A DNA stretch of 60,967 nucleotides, filler included, from 10 parts of 10 records of this genome joined end to end with filler, not necessarily neighbours in it, one strand, 5' to 3'. Numbered from the whole stretch's first letter, positions 12,011-26,200 are shown. Translations and numbers: made by a program. The notes: generated by a model not told the origin, from the letters alone.

Positions 12011-12531
12011 AGAAAAAGCTACCACACGAGCATCACCACCGATGATACATGGACGAAATTGCCTATCTAGATTGCTTGTCGATTGGCACGCATCCACAAT
12101 CGTCATGCTATCGTCATGCCGTCTTTAGTCTTAGTCGTACGAGTATACATGTACCCGATCGATTACCATGTGTTTTCTGCGTCTACAGAGTCACGAAAGA
12201 TGACGAATTATAATGAACGATATTAGGGCTTTATACGATCTTACACACATATCACTCTTTTTGGTGTTCATCTATAACTCTTTTTGCCGTTTCATGCCAA
12301 TCCGCGATCGCCCAACTCGAAGTGAAACTTGTTGTGATTTGAAATACAACCTGACTATCCGTATGCTGCTGTGCAGCTCTCCTGGCCTGGATGCAAATGC
12401 CTTCATTGTATACACAGGGTCGTCACCAATTGCGTCCTTTGCTACAAGATCTAGGGAAATTTGTACTTGAGCCTTCTCGCTGCACGGCCCTGGAATCTGG
12501 CCACTTACGTTGGACCATATCCCCTGCTCGA

Positions 12532-12631
12532 NNNNNNNNNNNNNNNNNNNNNNNNNNNNNNNNNNNNNNNNNNNNTTAATTAATTAANNNNNNNNNNNNN
12601 NNNNNNNNNNNNNNNNNNNNNNNNNNNNNNN
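12532..12631. other. Artificial contig spacer
   Basis: N44-TTAATTAATTAA-N44. Confidence 0.98.
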
Positions 12632-14331
12632 CCTCAAGCTCTACTGCGAGTGCTTTGCGGCGGCGACCATGTGTATCGAGCAGTGCAAGTGCCAAGACTG
12701 CCACAATAACGAGTCGCATAGAGAGGAGCGAGACAGGGCTTGCGAGGAGACCGTCCGCAAGAATGCCCGGGCGTTCGAGCCCAAGATCGCTAAGAGCGGC
12801 TCACAGGTCTCTAGTGACCATGCATGTAGCCCCCGCCCGAGCCTTCTGCTCGTGGGTTGATCTGGGCTGCTTGGCAGGCGGACGACCCCTCGCACCGACG
12901 CGGGTGCCGGTGCAAGAAGTCCAACTGCCTCAAGCGGTACTGCGAGTGTTTCAATGGCAAGGTCAAATGCTCAACAGTGTGCAGGTCCGCCTGCCCCGCG
13001 CCCTCTTGCCGGGGCTCATCATGTCTCTTGCAGGTGCATCAATTGCCACAACCTCGCCCCATCTGCCCAGAAAGGAAGGGCCGCCAACAGCGATGGGGAC
13101 GCCGGGGCAAAGGCCGGCGTGGACGGGGCCGTCGCGGGTCCGACGATTGGCGACGCCGAGCAAGTCGACAACGAGCTCGCATTTCCGGAGCAAGCGGGCA
13201 CGGAGGCGGGTATTCCGCTGAGCCCTACCATGACGCCGCTCCTGGCGAGTGCAACTTGGGACATGCAGCAGCCGCACCAGAGCTTCACGGCCGGGGCGTT
13301 CACTTTCTCGCCGCAGCGGGCTGAGGACTTGGCGGGGATGCTTCCTTCGCACATGGCCACGCCCCAGTCGACTCTGAAAGGCGACGACCTGAAGGGCACA
13401 CCCGCATTCTCGCCCGGGCTCAACCCGATCGACTTGGGGGCCGACACGCTCAGCTTCCTGATCTCCCCGGTCAAGGACGCCAGCGGGAGTCCCCTCAAGG
13501 TCTCTCCGCTCAAAGTGCTCGGCTCCCCCCGACCAGCTCGGCCGAACAAGGTGCACCCAGCGCCGCGGAGCCGGCACCGACTGGCTGGCTGCAGGGGATC
13601 CGGCCGATCCAGATGCGAAAGAACTCATCGCCCTCCGAGCGGAGCAACGCGACCGGAAGCTTCCAGATGAAGTCCGTGCGCGAGACGTCCTCGTCTCCCT
13701 CTGTCAAATCGGTCCAGGTCAGCCGAGCGATCCGAGCTCAAAACTGACCGTCCGGATACAGAAGATCGTGGGCAGCTATGGCTTCGCCAGCCCGGCGATT
13801 GGCGCTGTGAACGATCGCGCTATGGTAGATGGCCCGGCCACTGGGCAGATGCCGCTACGGCAGAGGAGCTCGCCGCGGAAGAGGGTGACCGGCTATCGGG
13901 GCGACCGCTGACTGGGGCGCCGTGACAGAACAACCAGTTCATGCCGCCAAAGCCGCCGCGCACCCCCCAGCCGGCAAACTCGCCACTGAAGAAGCGCCGT
14001 CTAGACCAGGTGCGCGACAGCTGGTTGGCTGTCCTGACTGGGTCAGGCTGGCCGCACACCCAACGGACTGAGTCTGCTCTCGTCGCCGCTCGGACTGCGC
14101 GGCGATGTGCCGCGCACCCCCCAGCCGTCACAGGGTGCGGGCTTGCGTGCTCCACAGGCTGACGTGAGTGCTGCAGGGCCGCCCGGTCAAAGCACGCCTA
14201 TCTGCCGTCTTTCGCCCATGTGCACGCGCATTGTGTCCGAAGAGCAGAACGGCCGAAACATCATAGGACCAGATGACAATGCCGATGAGTCACTACACTC
14301 TGGCTCAAAGATCCCTGTAGGATTCGCTTGA
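12632..14331 (+). CDS. LIN54: Tesmin/TSO1/LIN54-family CRC (CXC) domain protein (5' partial)
   Basis: [17 protein letters not shown], hinge [11 protein letters not shown], second [31 protein letters not shown]-rich tail. Confidence 0.85.
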
Positions 14332-14525
14332 GAGAGCGGTCCCACTGACTCTCACAGTACCTAGAGACTTATTGCATTTTTGACCACAAGGTACGTCCGA
14401 AATGTGCTGTAAAATAGGTTATATAGCGGATCTATTGGTTGGAGGTGGTGCGAGTCAATCTTGGCTTGCTTAGAACTGAGTGATCAATCAATTGACCGGC
14501 TACGAAAATTTAAAAGAAATGCTTA

Positions 14526-15286
14526 TCAATGGCTTCTAATAGGCATCGAGATGATGCACCAACTAACACTGTCTGTCATATTCGGAGCGTCTCGTTCCCT
14601 CCGTACTCGTTCGCTAGCTGCACCATCTGCAGCTTCTTGGCTCTCGCTGCCCGCCGTCTCTCTAATTTGTACCGCAGCGCATCGTTGACCGCCTCTTGGC
14701 TGCCCCCCAGCCGGTGAGCCCACCCGGCCAGTCCACCGGCCACCTGGCGAGCTCGGCGTGCAGGATCGCCCCCTGGTCGCCCCGCTCCCGGTGCTCGCGC
14801 ACCACCTCGTTCGCCCTGGCCGCCCGGTCAGCTCCACGCTCACCAGCCGGGCACCGGATCATCCGGTCATTGATCAGGTGCTCCTGCGTCCGCAGCGTCC
14901 GCTCCCGCTCGAGCTCCTCCACCAGCGCTCCCATCGTCTTCTTCTCGGTCGCCCCCGGCCCCCGCTCGCGCAGCTCCTGCACTTCCTGCTGCAGCCGGTC
15001 GTTCTGCTGCCGCAGCGCGACCATCTCCTCCCGCAGCCGGCCCTCCTCCTGCCCGGGCTCGCCCCTCCCCCTCCGCGGCGGGCGCCTTGGTCTGTTTGAG
15101 CAGTGCATCCTCCAGCTGTCGCCGCAGCCGCCGTTCCTGCGCCCACTCAGTCCCGGCGCCCGGATGCGGCGCCTGGATCAGATTGTCCGAGGTGGCCTGC
15201 AGGAACCGGCCGGCCAGATCCAGCACGGCCTGATCGTCCTCGCTGATGGCGCTAGATCCGGCCTGCCGCCCGTCCAGCGCCTCCAT
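14526..15286 (-). CDS. Hypothetical coiled-coil protein (spliced; 3' end uncertain)
   Basis: ATG 15286 MEALDG..., heptad-like EEMVALRQQNDRLQQEVQELRE. Inferred 36-37 nt GC-AG introns join the frames. Confidence 0.45.
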
Positions 15287-15424
15287 CACGCCGCGCCCTC
15301 CGGCGCTGCCGACCCGGGCGGCCTCTCTCTCAAACGTGAGTGACGTGCCTCAGTCAAGAGCAACGGTATTTATTATTCTAGTCGTGTACGAAAATGTAAT
15401 CAATAAATCACGATGGAGACAGTC

Positions 15425-16418
15425 TCAAGCAGGTGTCAGGCGATAATAGATAGAGGCTCCATTCCCCGGGACTGGTGCTTTGCTCGTCAGCGGTTGGCCT
15501 CCGCTTATGCTCATCACCACTTGATGTGTCATCACATCATGTACTGTGTAATTTCCTGTGGTCGGAACACCCATTTTGGACATGCATGTCTCATCACAAG
15601 TCATAGACTCGGAAGTGGCCTTATTGTTCAAAAAGAGAACTGCAAAGCCTTTGTCGTGAAGCGGCCGCCCAAGGATCAAGTTGGTTGCTTTGATTGGGCC
15701 AGGCGACGGGGCTGCTGCGGCTGTGACACACAGACCGCTCCCAGTGGTGAGCTGCTGTGTTACATTATCGTGCTTCCATGCCTGTGATGCAGACACTGGC
15801 GCTGTGCAGGCCTTCAAAGCCACCATATTGTTGCTGTCCACCGTCGCACACAGATGCCCTGGCAGAGCTGACACCAGCTGGCCGTTGGGTTGCAGCGTAA
15901 AGACTTCATTCGGAAACGGCATGGATGGTGTGGCCTCGCAGCCTTTGCCTGTTGCAGGGCAGCCATCATAGATAATTTGGGTACCGCAGCCTTCCACATT
16001 AAGGCAGACATTCAAGTGCGCATTGTGGATCCGGCCATCCAAGTAATCCAGCAGCCACTTTTGGTCCTCAGGCTCGCCTCCACACTCCTGCACCTTCATC
16101 GGCGCATATTGTTGACCGAGACCATTTTGGGCATCAGTGAAGAGCAAAGCCCCAGGACCCTCAGCGCCGCCATCGACACGAACTGCAGCCTTTCCGAGCG
16201 GATCCTGGTTGATGTTGATGGCCATTTCATTCGAATAGGTGGCCATTACAAACGAGTTGAGTCGATCGAAATCACCCACAAGAAGAATATTGAATGAGAG
16301 GATCGTCCAAAGCGAGAACATAGACACAAACCGATCTTCCGACATGCAGTTGTCACTGTCATGGCAGCCCATCCCTGGAGTAAGCATCAGGGACCCATCA
16401 TTCCAGTATCCTCCAGCT
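15425..16418 (-). CDS. GH27 alpha-galactosidase-like protein with inserted ricin-B (CBM13-like) domain (5' partial)
   Basis: GYWNDGSLM..G, FSLWTIL..GD, AININQDPLG. Ricin-type QKW/QAW and CL repeats precede the C-terminal FAVLFLN segment. Intronless in the visible part. Confidence 0.75.
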
Positions 16419-16518
16419 NNNNNNNNNNNNNNNNNNNNNNNNNNNNNNNNNNNNNNNNNNNNTTAATTAATTAANNNNNNNNNNNNNNNNNNNNNNNNNN
16501 NNNNNNNNNNNNNNNNNN
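16419..16518. other. Artificial contig spacer
   Basis: N44-TTAATTAATTAA-N44. Confidence 0.98.
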
Positions 16519-18509
16519 CTCCAGCGCCAGTGCCATTGATGGGCAGATCTGGAGTTGTGTAACGGACCCCTTCAACCAGGGATGCTTGCGGTGGACCAGT
16601 CCGGGGTGATCCCGGCCGAGGTCGACCCGACCGGGGTGGAGCGGGTGCACCTGCGCAACCTTAAGCGGGCCGGGGTGCGCCCGGTGCGTAAGCTGCTCCA
16701 GGCGGCCCGGCCCCGGCTGCGGCAGCTCAAGCTTTGGTACTGCCGGCTGGCCGAGCCCCAGTGGAGCTTGATCCTCACCGCAGTCTCCGGGCTGCGCTCG
16801 CGGGTGCGCTCAGCAGATGCCCAGCTGCAGCTGCGGGCGCTCGAGACGCTCAAGAGCGAATTCGGGCCCGCAGACACGACCAGCACGCGGGACGCCCAGC
16901 CGGCGCCGCTGGCGGATGACGAGGAGTCTGAGGTGTCCGACACGGAGGTCCAGCGGCTGCAGACCGAGGTGCCGTCCGAGCCGTATCAGCCCAGCCCGTG
17001 GGGCAGCCGCTCGGACTTCGAGATCTCGAGCTGCGGGGGTGCAACCTGGGGCGTCGTGGGTGCGTCCAGCTGGTTACAGTGCTCAAGGCGGCGCGGGAGC
17101 TCGAACAGTTCAGCGCGGTGCAGGCACGCACCGCGAGGCTTTGCAGAGCTTAAGCTGGTGGGCCCAGTGTGGGCTGGATGAGATCGACTGTGGGGTTCTG
17201 GTGAGAGCATTAGTCACAACGGCACCGATCCAGCGGCTGGAGATTGTGAACAACGGTGACCGTCCGCCGGCTGAGCCTGTCAGATGACTTAGTACAGGCC
17301 TAGGAGACGCAGCGCTGCAGATCCTTTCCCAGTACGTTGTACAGTACCAGGGGGGTACGGGAATACCGCCAGTGCAGTACCTGGACTTCAGCTGCAATCT
17401 GATCCACGAGGCCGGAGCAGCGGCCATTGGGAACATTCTCCGAGCTCCATCCCAGCTGCACACACTCCTGCTGTGTGGCAACCGTGTGGATAACGATGGC
17501 GCACTGGCAGTGGCGGCAGGGCTTTCTGTGAATGGCTCGTTGCAGCATCTGGATCTCTCGGACTGTGCTATTGCCCAGGAAGGGATCACAGCCCTGCTAG
17601 ATGCGTCCCAAAGAAACCCACTTCTCGTCAGACTTGTGCTGAGCAAGAATTATTGTGAGGGCAGCATCGAGCAGTCGGTACTGGCAATGGACTGATTGAT
17701 AGACTGACTGCCAGTTGGCAGCTGGTAACGTTGCTCCAAAACAACCACAGGTGTACTGTCGCATGTATTCAGCTTCAGGAATTCACAGCCGGGGTGGCAG
17801 GCTTCAGGAACTCAGCTTGGCTGAGATGGGTAGCGGGTTGGCATCAGTTGATAGGCTCGTGCGGAGCGGAGTCCTGCAGCAGAATGCCTGGCTTCAGCTG
17901 CTGGACATTTCAAGCAATGGGCTGCAGGATGCAGGTCGATGAAGGGCTTACGCTGTGCGGTCCCCTGAGGGCAGGTTGATTTTAGGTGGCCTGATGCTGG
18001 CCAAGTCGCTTAATAACGGGTGGAGCCGTGAGCTCCAAATAGTCAAACTCAATGGAAATTCATTTACCAGTAGCTCAGGTTCCGTGCCCCGGACTGGTCG
18101 TCGACTAAGAGTGGTGTTTGCTAGGTTGGGGACTAGTCGACGCGGCTCAGGCATGCATGCCTGGTGCGACTTGATGGGATGATTTTGCTTTGATTAGGCG
18201 GGACAACACGGCCTTGTGGAGCTCCATCTTGACCAAACAGACTTCAGCCCAGATAGTGAGGTGGTCACTTGGACCCGTGCCCAGTGTGATGGTTCCTGGC
18301 GTGGTGACCAGGTAATTGTCCAGTATCTGCGCAAATCCATCAAGAAAATAGTGTATAGCTTTGTAACGTTGGCTTCTCAAGATCGAGAGCGGACTCCAAA
18401 ACACCGGGCATGCTCTAATGAACATAGTGCCGATGATTGTGACGTCGATGTTGGGATGCTGGCAATGCACGAGAACGAGTCACTGTGTAACGGTAATGAC
18501 GCGCTATAA
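16519..18509 (+). CDS. RNI-like leucine-rich repeat protein (spliced; start uncertain)
   Basis: YLDFSCNLIHEAGAAAI, LHTLLLCGNRVDNDGALAV, LQHLDLSDCAIAQEG, LQLLDISSNGLQDAG. Confidence 0.75.
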
Positions 18510-18605
18510 GTAGTCCAGTACTTCATACTGAATACACATTATAGACACATCATTAATGACATGCATGCACACAATTATAATTGTACTGGTACGAGCATAG
18601 CGAAA

Positions 18606-20060
18606 TTAGCCGCGGCCAGTGCTGAATGCCATCATTGTCATTTTCACCCCAGGATCGGCTACCACCTGGTTAGTGCCAGCACCACCATCAGCAATGTCGC
18701 CATCGAGAGTCAGGCGAATGTCGATACCACTTGAGCCAATACTGAGCGGTTTCTCCAAAATATCGATGTGGCGCCGACCGACGGTCAAGCCTCCTGCGGT
18801 CGCATTGAGCGGGATTGGCAGCCACGAGCTCGTCAAGGATGACAACGGAGAAGAAGAGGAAGCATCAGCAGTGACAGGACGGTAGTCGAGATGGTAGCTG
18901 GCGACCCTCTGCCCGGCAAGCATCATGTCATCCTCCGACAGCCAGATGCGGTCCACCACACCGACCGCGGCGAAATGCGCCACCCGCAAAATCAGCGGTG
19001 CCCCACTGACCGCTGCGGTGCCGGACACCGCGCCGACCATGGTGCCATTGTCGGCGCCTGCAAGGGGCGAGCCGTGGGAGCCATAGCGACGCTTCACCTC
19101 GGCCCCGAATGCTGCCGTAGCACCCACCAGCTGCTCGTCAATCACGCCCGTCTTGTTCGGCGGGACGTTCATAATGAACTCGGTGCCCCGACCGACCGTC
19201 GCCTCCCAGTGCGCCATGCTCTGGGCGAGGGTCTGCACGGCGCCGCAGCAGAACCACGGATGGCAGCCCTGGAAGATAGAGCAGTCGGACTCAGCGCTCT
19301 TCCAGAACTTGCCGTGCGGTGTCCCAGTCCGGTTGAGGCAGCGGCCGTGCTCCGTGCCGTCGACCGTGTCACATGCGTAGTACCATGGGTACGGCGCAAA
19401 GCCGCCCTCACCGCCGACCTGCGAGGTGTCCATGCCGAGGATGGCCGCCTTGGGCTGGTTCTTGCGCACGACGTTGTCAATTGCGAACCACGTATCGGCC
19501 GGCGAGTTGACCGCGTGGTGATCGAACCACCAGTAGGCGATCTCGCCGTAGCGCGTGCTGAGCTCGGTGATCTGCCGCAGCTGCGCGGCCCGCCGGGCAT
19601 CGGCAGAAATGTTTTGGGCAGACTGGAAGGCGTCGGTCGTAGTGAAGTACAAGCCGGGCTGGATACCGACGTGCCGACAGGCGGTCACGAACTCGGCCAC
19701 CAGGTCACGCTTCGGGACAGTTTTGCTCTCCTTAATCGAGAACTTGCTGCCGATCGGCTCGTCGGTCTGCCAGAGGATGTAGCCCGCCTCGTGCTTGCTG
19801 GTGAGGACAGCCACCGGTGCGCCCATGCTCTTGACCGCCTCCGCCCACTGCGTGAGGTTGAGCCTGGCCGGGTCAGGCGCAAAGAGGCTGGGGTCCTGCG
19901 TGCCGTCTTGCCGGCCGGTGAACGTGGTAATGGAGAAGTGGAGGAAAGCGGTCATCCGCCAGTCCAGGAAGGTCTGCTGGATCGCGGTGGGCCTGGCCAG
20001 GGTGGCAGCCGTTGCGGAAGCCGCCATGGCGGTGGCGAGGAGGAAGAAAGTGCCCTTCAT
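18606..20060 (-). CDS. Secreted alpha-L-fucosidase (GH29)
   Basis: Intronless 484-aa ORF with signal peptide. FLHFSITTF, LTSKHEAGYILW, WWFD (nucleophile position), MNVPPNKTG. Confidence 0.88.
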   Translation of the reverse strand: MKGTFFLLATAMAASATAATLARPTAIQQTFLDWRMTAFLHFSITTFTGRQDGTQDPSLFAPDPARLNLTQWAEAVKSMGAPVAVLTSKHEAGYILWQTDEPIGSKFSIKESKTVPKRDLVAEFVTACRHVGIQPGLYFTTTDAFQSAQNISADARRAAQLRQITELSTRYGEIAYWWFDHHAVNSPADTWFAIDNVVRKNQPKAAILGMDTSQVGGEGGFAPYPWYYACDTVDGTEHGRCLNRTGTPHGKFWKSAESDCSIFQGCHPWFCCGAVQTLAQSMAHWEATVGRGTEFIMNVPPNKTGVIDEQLVGATAAFGAEVKRRYGSHGSPLAGADNGTMVGAVSGTAAVSGAPLILRVAHFAAVGVVDRIWLSEDDMMLAGQRVASYHLDYRPVTADASSSSPLSSLTSSWLPIPLNATAGGLTVGRRHIDILEKPLSIGSSGIDIRLTLDGDIADGGAGTNQVVADPGVKMTMMAFSTGRG

Positions 20061-20288
20061 CTACTGCGGCTCCGGCGCAGCTCCGCGGGCAGCCGGAATA
20101 ACGGAACGGCTCTCTTTCGAAGACTTCTTCGACTTCTCAGACTGCAGCTGCCTGACTCGACCCGGCTTCTGCACTACGGTGGTACGGCTGGGGGGGGCTG
20201 CTGCCCCACGCGGGATTGACGTGTGGCGCCATGAGTGGCCCGGGCTGCTGACCATGTGCCTGTCACGCGAGACATCCCGACTGTGGTG

Positions 20289-23200
20289 ATGGTCGGCGCT
20301 GATCTCACGCCTTACCAGCAGATATGTACGCCCCCCCTGCCAGCGAGACGCCAGTGCTGCCTTCTCATCTGGGGCCCACAGGTGCGCTCGGTATACCTCC
20401 GGAGGTTGCCAAGCAGGCGCTCGCGGCCAACAACAACGAGCTCGGGCCCGCAATCGAGTGGTGCTTTGACGGCTCACTGGAGAACGAGGTGGCCGCCAGC
20501 GCAGTCAATGCGGAGGCCCACGTCCCTTGGCGTGGGATCCGCCGCGCGCTACTGGTCGAGAAGCTGGCCGGTACGTTGATCGTCGTTAGCCCAAGTGCAC
20601 TGAGTAGCGTGTGCAGTCACGCCTGAGAGCTTCATCGCTGGGCTGCAGCTGGCACGCGGCGTGCTGGCAGAGGAGGAGAGCCTAGTGCAGAAGCACGTAG
20701 CAGAGGGGGAGCGCCCACCGACCGCGGTGGAGGCGCTTGGATTCCTGCACGACTGCCTGGAGCGAGGGATTGTCAGTGCGTTCCGCTTCAACCTTCCTGC
20801 CCCGGCTCAGGTTGCCCGGGCTTGACACTCTGCTGTGAGCAGTTCTGGCAGTTTGATGAGGCGATGAGTGCGGTCATGCAAGAGGTGGTCTTGGTGACCT
20901 TGTCTGCCCTCCAGCGGGACTCCTCAAGCTGTGTGAATATACTGCCGTGCATGTTTGGAGGGACTGAAGTCTGGTGGTCCGCTGACATTTCACGCCAAGG
21001 CACAAGGTAGCAGCACAGCTGCGTGATACTGTCTTGCTAAGCTGCTAAATCTGTGCAGCCCGCCCCCAGGCTATGAGGAAGCTTGCTCAGAAGCCCGAGA
21101 TCTGATTCAAAAGTGCGGGCTGGCCCAGCTTGTCCTGGTCACCAGTGTGGCTCAGTGCCTGTTTTGAGACTTGGGATGGTGCAGGATAAGACAGCTGCGG
21201 CACTTCTTTCTCCTGAGATTACAGGCGAAGCCCTCAATGATTCTTTGCAGCTACTGCGCGTCGCTTTCTACGCAGCCGACGTGCTGGGACCCCAGCAAGC
21301 GTCTAGCTTGATGGATAGCTACTTCAAAGCACTGCAACAGGTGATGAGCTCCTGCCGTATCTCTGGAGCTGGCTGGCGGACAGGTGCTGCATGCTTCTCT
21401 CCCGCTACTTGAGTGCTATTTGGGGCTGCTGAATTTGCTGCCTGCACAAGTGGAGGAAACCAAAGCACAAGTGTGCAGCTGGTTTGCCAAAAGTTTGACT
21501 CGGCTGCAGGTGCAGCGTGCTGCTGAGCAGGTGTTCGACTTTTTCTTGAGCAAGACTTCACAGGAGGCCAAACAACTTGACACGAAAGCTTTCTATCAGG
21601 CTGCGGAACAAGTCGAGGCCCTTGTAACCAGGGTAAACTGATCTGTGTTCCACAGCTGATTTACTTACACATCTGAATGTAGGAACATCGCCGACTTTAT
21701 GAATGCTGGTTGCATGTCGCGTTGATTTGCTGGCAATCCGAATCACTTGAGAGGCGGCTGTACGCCATTACTACAATTGCACACTTGGCCAATGAGAAGG
21801 CATTCGTTCATTGCTTCTATTGTGTGACTCGTGCCTGCAGATAAATGGATCACGATACGTTGCTGGACCGGAGATAGGTGCACTTTACCAAATGGGCGAT
21901 GGAACCAATCGCTCATTCCGCGTGGTGGCCGTGCGTGAGTTCAACCTTTATGATGTAAAATATGAAGACGAGTCAGAGATCAAGTATAAGGAAAATATCA
22001 ATTTTGATGACACAGTTGGGCGAGAGGTGCAGATACGCTGTGGCCTGCCGGTGCATGACTTCCATTCGTGGATTGTCAACAACAACATCTTTGAGGATCT
22101 GTTTGGCTCTCATCTACATGCGCAACTGCTTGCAAAAGAAGGTACCAATTTGTTGGTGTACATGGGTCGGAACGGCCTTCTCACCAAAGAACGCGTCGAC
22201 TTGATGGTGCGCAAGGTGTGCCATTGGCGTGGTGAAAATGATGACATCTTGGATTGCTCTAGGTAGCAATGATGCATGGATCCGAGAAGGGCAGCATGTA
22301 GCTCACCTAGCCCGGCCTGCTATGCTCTAAACTGTGATGCTACAGGTATACTCTCCTGTTGAAAGTGTTTGCTCATCTGAGAGCCGATTCGCAAGTTTTC
22401 CTTCTGCAAGCAGTAGAGCGTTTACAGTACGATGAGACGGCAGTAATGATGACAGCATGCAGCTGTTGGTGGTGGCAGAAGGACGTCTCTCTCGAACCAA
22501 GCGTCGCCGTTCAATTACAAATGATGCTGTGGCGGCTAGTTGGAAGCGCAGCCGTCAGCCTGGCTTATCAGTGTCCCATTCAGCAGCTGCTTGAAGTTTT
22601 CTCTGTGGTGTGCACTGATGCTGCCGATGGGGCCCGGCAGCAAGATGGTGCACAGGATCTAGGGACTAGTTGGCAGTGGGCAGACCCTCCAGACGTCGAT
22701 GATTCTCCCTCAAAGTGGAAGGCCTGGTCCAAAGAGCAGCTGCGCCTAGATGATCAAGTCATTGATGCTTTAGTGGTCTGCTTCGACGAGCGCTGCGCGC
22801 GAACCCATGCGCATGCTGTAATCACGGTCAGTGCTGAACATGCGACTAGAAGCACGCGGCTCTGGTGGATCTGGCAATGCATGCTTGCCATCACTATGGC
22901 TGATTCCACACCCCAGGCAACATTGTGGGTATCTTCCATTCTCAAGCTTCTCGAGCGACTGCTTGAAAAGACCCCAGATAAACTTCATGGAATGGTCTTC
23001 GAATCTCTAGAATGTGCAAAACCCAGCGTCGTAGCCCTTCTCCTGGGCAACATTGCGGCGGTGTCGGGCCAACCAGCGGGTACCGCTGTATTGGCAAGTC
23101 AAAATCGCATTCCGCCTGACCGCGGCAACCTCACGATACAGACTCACCCAAGAGAGCAGCTACAGCATTCAATTGAACCCCGGTTGAACTTCTTGTCGTT

Positions 23201-26200
23201 CTTGTTTGATTTCCGTAACGGTATCTCTCGAGAGACAGCAAAGCAATGTGTTGAGCTACTCTCCCAACCAGCCCTAGAAGCAGTATATCCTCTGGTGCTC
23301 AATTGGTTGGTCAAGATTGACACCAAGCATGGCTTACATGACGAGAATCAGCAGCAGGTGCTTGATGTCTTGGGCAAACATTCTTCTTGGCTAATTTCTT
23401 CTCCAGAGCTGTTTAGGAGCTTTGTTCACTTTTTCATTGTTGTGAACGAAGCCCATGGAAATCTCAGGGTGCAGCGGGATAACATAATGAACATTATGAA
23501 ACTGATCGATGTGAATGATGTGGAAGTCGTGCAGAACCAAGAGCTCCGTGGGATGGAGCTGGTGTGGAAGCTTGCTCTACACTTGCCAAAGAGGGGCGCG
23601 TTGGATTCTGCAACGCGGGCATTGGCGCCCTGGTTCATGGCCGCAAACTTACCGATGCCTAGTATTCCCAGTGTTGACCATGCCTACAATCTGCTTCTTA
23701 AACTCTACCAGAGGATGCCTGATTCAGCTCACGCTCATTTTGCTAACACGCAGACATTGATGCTCCGAAGGATACACAAGGAACTCAGTATAGTGCTGAA
23801 GGAGTCGACTTTAGAAACGACTTCTCTTGATGCTGCAATTCCATGGCTGGATCTCTTGGCCGGCCTACAGCGATTCTTGATTCACAACCAAAAGAAGCCC
23901 AGCCACCGCGAAATGAGTGTCGACATACTCGCTGCAATCTTAACCATTTCAATCGACGTGTCAGACCTCATCAACCCCCAGGCTCTTACTCATAGCTATT
24001 TCAATTACGATCGCGTCGAATTTCAGGTATATCCACAAACTTGTCTGAAGTGTGTCCGCAGCTTGGTTGCCAAACATGTAGGCTTGATTTCGGATGACAA
24101 TGTGTTCATTCAAGTAAACAGACTGCCACAGCTGACACAAACTGCATCAACACTCAGTGGTGACACGTTTAGCATGTCTGCCCTGGGAGTGGACAGCGAT
24201 ACACACTTGATAGCGGTCAGCCAGGCTTCATCGCACACAAATTGGGATTTATGTTATGAACAATCTATATCAGACACAATTGGTACTCATGTTCGGCAAG
24301 AATGGTATGATCTGCTTTTTCAAATCTGTGGTGCAAGTCTGCACATCCGCTCAAGTTCTGTATTTCAAGCTGCTTGGGATTTGCTGATGTTGCTTCCCAC
24401 AGAACAAGACATGTTTGATGAGCTGACAGAGATGGAAACTGTTCAATGGACGAGAAAGATTGGTGAATGGCCTCCTAACAACTCAGAGAGGATTGCCTGG
24501 GTCAGTCTGGTAAAAACCGTATACATCATCCAGACTCTTGCTATTTTGATCTCCCCAGCGGACATGTGCATGAGACATGAACAGCGGAATGAACAGCGGC
24601 TAGACGATTTCCTCGATTCGGATGGCATGGCGGCGTTATGCGATTTTTTCTGCTCGATTCCAGTACAGGAAGTTTTGGAACCAACTTTATTGACAGCTGC
24701 ACTCGTTGCAACTACAGGTGTCTTAGCAGAGGCTAGCCACATGGGCCAGTTGTTCTCTCATTGCACCGATGTGAGAGGGTTAAACCCAATGTTCACGCAT
24801 CATCTGTTGGGTTGCTTGAGCGCGCGCCGGAGCCTTGACCAGATTCCTGACATCGCCTGTCTTAACGTGCTCTCCATCCTAGACCAATTCGTGCTGCTTG
24901 GCATAGAAAATGACACAATGTGGCCCTCCGAACTGTGTATGCTGTTAGTACAACATATGGACCTGGCACAGACCTTTGCATACCTGCTTGGCGATAACCC
25001 CTGCCAGGATGTTCGTAAATCGGCTCAGAATCTTCTGTACCAGCTATGCAGACTAGAACAATCTGGCCATCTGAGAACAAGTTTGCACATAATTTCACAG
25101 CCTTTGGCCCTCACGCCATCAGAACCTTCCCTCCCTGGACTGTCAAACATAGTCATCGAGAGGACCCTGATGATCATCAAGTTGGTGACCTCTGCCGCAG
25201 ACTACTGCTTGGATCATTTTCGTGAATGCTATGAGCTTATCCGTCAGGTTTTAGATCTGCAATTTATTGACTCACAGTGTGAGCGGGGATGCCAAGATTA
25301 CTTAGCAACCTTTTTGAAGGATAAGGTGAAGCTATTTCCAGACCATGCCACCAGTGAAGTCTTGGTCCAAGAAAGCCTTAGGCTAATACTGTACATCAAC
25401 GAATATGATGGCGCGTTGGTTCGCATGCGCCAAACAGACCACTTTATTTCCGAGCTGTGGCAAAATTTATATGCGGCTCCTTCATTCAATGACCCTCTAC
25501 GCCGACCTAAGTTATTCGATCCAAAGTCTCACCACCTAGTAGCGGAGCTGGTGGTGCAACTCCTGGTAGCCTATGGTGCTTCGCACAGACGACGTTGCAT
25601 AGAATGGCTCAAGTCTGGCATTGACAAGCTCCACCATGAATTGCCCAGCCTGGATTTATCAATGATGAAAGAACTGAATAGCGAAAATCAGGGGTATCCC
25701 ATCTTACGAGACCCAAAGAGTTGCAAATACGTCGGTTTGGTTAATCAAGGGTCTACTTGCTACCAGAATGCGGTGCTTCAGCAGCTTGCGATGATGCCTG
25801 ATGTCGTGGACAAGGTGCTCTGTCTCCAGCTACCGGCTGAGTACTGTAGGCCACATACCGTGGTAGTTGTACCAGATGATGCGGACGAAGCCAGTGTACT
25901 GACATCGGCTACTGGTGCCGATCAGGTAGTGCAGAAAGCTTGCGCAGCATCGAGACATTCAATGCATCTGCTGTGGCAACTCCAACTTATCTGGTCCTAC
26001 ATGCGCCACAGTTTTGGTTGTTGGTACAACCCATTACCTTTTGTTGACGCCTGTGGCTCTGCACTTAAACTGGCACACCCAGTTCGGCACCAGAATGATG
26101 CATCGGAGTTTTTCCACGCCATGTTAGAAACGCTTTCAGAAGCTCTTTCAGATACTGCCGACGCTGGTCTGCTTGAAAAGAGCTTTTGTGGCGAGCGAGT

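Noticed and set aside
12273-12531. About 85-codon open minus-strand frame at a contig end
   Set aside because: It may be a gene's 3' end, but it has no motif support.
18891-20219. 442-aa plus-strand ORF and many other long antisense ORFs
   Set aside because: They are shadow frames of GC-rich real genes (here GH29) with no recognisable motifs.
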